The notes under the pieces are model-generated. The model did not search any database, was not told the DNA's origin, and worked only from the letters and a program-made list of their open reading frames with translations. DNA of 62,957 bases, counting the filler, from Olpidium bornovanus S191 (lineage: Eukaryota; Fungi; Olpidiomycota): the NCBI GenBank assembly GCA_017911155.1. It is 30 parts of 30 records of this genome, joined end to end, with 100 filler letters (N's around TTAATTAATTAA, not from the genome) between each part and the next. Parts side by side here need not be neighbours in the genome. Positions count along the whole stretch, not along the records: positions 60,217 to 62,957 come from JAEFCI010011080.1; 29 more parts are not named here. One strand, 5' to 3'. Both the position numbers and the translations under genes were made by a program. Numbering within the stretch: position 1 is the stretch's first letter; each line of letters begins with the position of its first letter. Shown piece after piece: positions 61,030-62,957 of this stretch.

Positions 61030-62957
61030 ATGGGTCTCCTGTCGCTCGGCACGCCGCTCCCCTGGGAGAAGGCTAAGAAGCACGCGAACCACGTCAGGAG
61101 CCACGGGATAACCCAGTTCATCAACGTGTGGAAGAAGACGAAGGACCGGCAGAGAGACATCCTGCTCTGGGGAGACGAGATCGAGTATCTAGTCGTCAGC
61201 TACGACCACGCCGGCCGAGAGGCAAAGCTGTCCACGCGCGTCTTCGACATCCTCGCGGAGCTTTCCCGCGAGGAGGAGCAGGCCGTGGCGGACCCGACGT
61301 GGGTTTCCTTGGGCTCCTGTTTTGCACGTGTGGTGCCCGGGGCAGGGCGCCTGGCGCCAAAAGCGCGGCCGAGACCTGTGCTGAGAGACACGGGGACAAG
61401 AGCATTTTATTCACCGCAAGCTCGGTGGAGCTCCTCGTGCTCATTGTACCGATCCCCCTCTCCCTCCCCTCCCCCCGATTTTTGGGGGGTTTTTTTTTGC
61501 AGTAAAACTGCCCGTGCCCTGTGGCGTCCGGAATACGGGCGGTTCATGCTGGAAGGTACGTGTCAACATGCTTGGTTAGCAGTCACGCCGTTGCATGCCT
61601 CATACCATTTGCCCTGGCGGGGCGTTTCGGCTGAACAGCGTCGTTGGCACACGCTGTGTTACGTTGCAGGAACTCCGGGGAGTCCATACGGCGGCAACTC
61701 CGTGAAGGACCTGCTCATTATCGAACAGAACATGAAGTTGCGGTAGGGCTTTTTGTGTGCTGATGACATTCTGCCCGCGCGCCATTATTCGGACAGACGG
61801 ATTGCCTTCTCAAGCAGCGACTTCAATACCCGCTGCGTTTGGCACACTGAAGGCGGCAGCTTGCGAAGGAGCAAATGAACGAGAACGAGGTGCCGATAAC
61901 GCTCGTAAGCTTCCCGCGGCTAGGCTGCGAGGCAGCCATCGAGGGCCCCTCTGAGCCGCAGGGCCCCGTCGCGCAGAGTATTTATGTTCCTGACGAGGTC
62001 ATCAACCCGCACGCGCGATTTCGGTGAGGTCAGCCCAGGAAAACCGCGACACTGCCGAGCGCCGAAAATGGTTGCCAAAACTGAGGGAACCAGTTCTTTC
62101 CGAAAAGAAACGCGTCTGGCCTTGGGGACGACTGCGGTTCTCTGACCCGTCAGCACATTTTGCATCCCGGTTCCACGCGCCAGGACCCTCACGGCGAACA
62201 TCCGCTGCCGGCGCGGGTCGAAGGTGGACATCGTGCTGCCGCTATTTATCGACAAAAACCCCCCGCGGCCGTTCATCGACCCGACGATCCCGCCAAAGGA
62301 GCTGCAGGACCCGAACATCGCGCCGACGCCGCCGGCGAGGCCGGACACGGTGTACATGGACGCAATGGCCTTCGGGATGGGCTGCTGCTGCCTGCAGCTC
62401 ACCTTCCAGGCATGCAACGTCGAGGAGGCGCGCCGCCTCAACGACCAGTTGGCCGTCCTGGCCCCCATTATGCTCGCCCTCACGGCCGGCTCCCCGGCCT
62501 GGCGCGGCCTGCTCGCGGACGTGGACTGTCGGTGGGACGTCATCTCGATGAGCGTCGACGACCGGACCGAGGAGGAGAGGGGCCTGAAGGTGGGCGACGG
62601 AACGTCCGGATACGTGTTGGCTTGTGGCGCCTTTAATATGTACCGCGACCTCTCGGTGGGCGGAACGGGCCGTCCTCAGCTTCCTTTCGTTGTTTTTTGT
62701 TTTTGCCTTGCTGTCCTGCTTTCCCGACCCATCCGCGTGCTCCGAAGAACAACAGCCGAATAGTTTCCAAGTCGCGGTATGATTCGGTCTCCTGCTTCAT
62801 AAGCACGGATGCTACGCTGCGCCCAGAGTACAACGATATTCCGCTTGTTGTTGACGAAGAGATAGTGGCGCGGCTGAAGGAAAACGACGTGGACGAGCTG
62901 CTTGCGCGGCACGTCGGCCACCTTTTTATTCGAGACCCGCTCGTAATCTTTCAGGAG
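61030..62957 (+). CDS. GSH1: Glutamate-cysteine ligase catalytic subunit, multi-exon, 3' truncated
   Basis: MGLLSLGTPLPW, LLWGDEIEY, WRPEYGRFMLEGTPG, INPHARF-TLTANIR.RRGSKV, YMDAMAFGMGCCCLQLTFQ, KSRYDSVS, HLFIRDPLVIF. Confidence 0.98.

Overview
This is not one chromosomal locus. It is 30 short, unordered contigs (about 1-3.7 kb) joined by 29 identical artificial 100-bp linkers (44 N + TTAATTAATTAA + 44 N), so nothing can be inferred about synteny across a linker. The DNA is from a GC-rich, intron-rich fungus (division-1 chitin synthase, GT-AG introns). STK33-like and NEK6/7-like kinases plus augmin HAUS3 point to an early-diverging, probably zoosporic lineage; Olpidium-like is my guess and is not verified. 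Recognisable, mostly partial genes: STK33-like kinase, NIPA Mg transporter, a dCache-HAMP-class III cyclase receptor, PCT1, a PPR protein, a mitochondrial AAA ATPase, a complete thioredoxin, an orphan RING-H2 protein, an mL41-like protein, AP-2 alpha, trimethyllysine dioxygenase, DPM1, KXD1, HAUS3, BUD23, RAD1/XPF, chitin synthase, an RNase III-fold protein, SDH4, ADE6 and GSH1. There is one complete tRNA-Gln(CUG), one truncated tRNA, and much decayed copia/gypsy/LINE debris. Most noteworthy: (1) contig 57746-60116, which looks like a minus-strand gene built from two arrays of tandemly duplicated, phase-asymmetric exon modules with embedded perfect palindromes and minisatellites; (2) a bacterial-architecture but intron-containing dCache receptor cyclase; (3) a thioredoxin whose active site reads WCGPW; (4) lineage-specific RING-H2 genes; (5) strong enrichment of CATG at contig ends. 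Scattered indels and point lesions in conserved genes mean single-base oddities need read-level confirmation.
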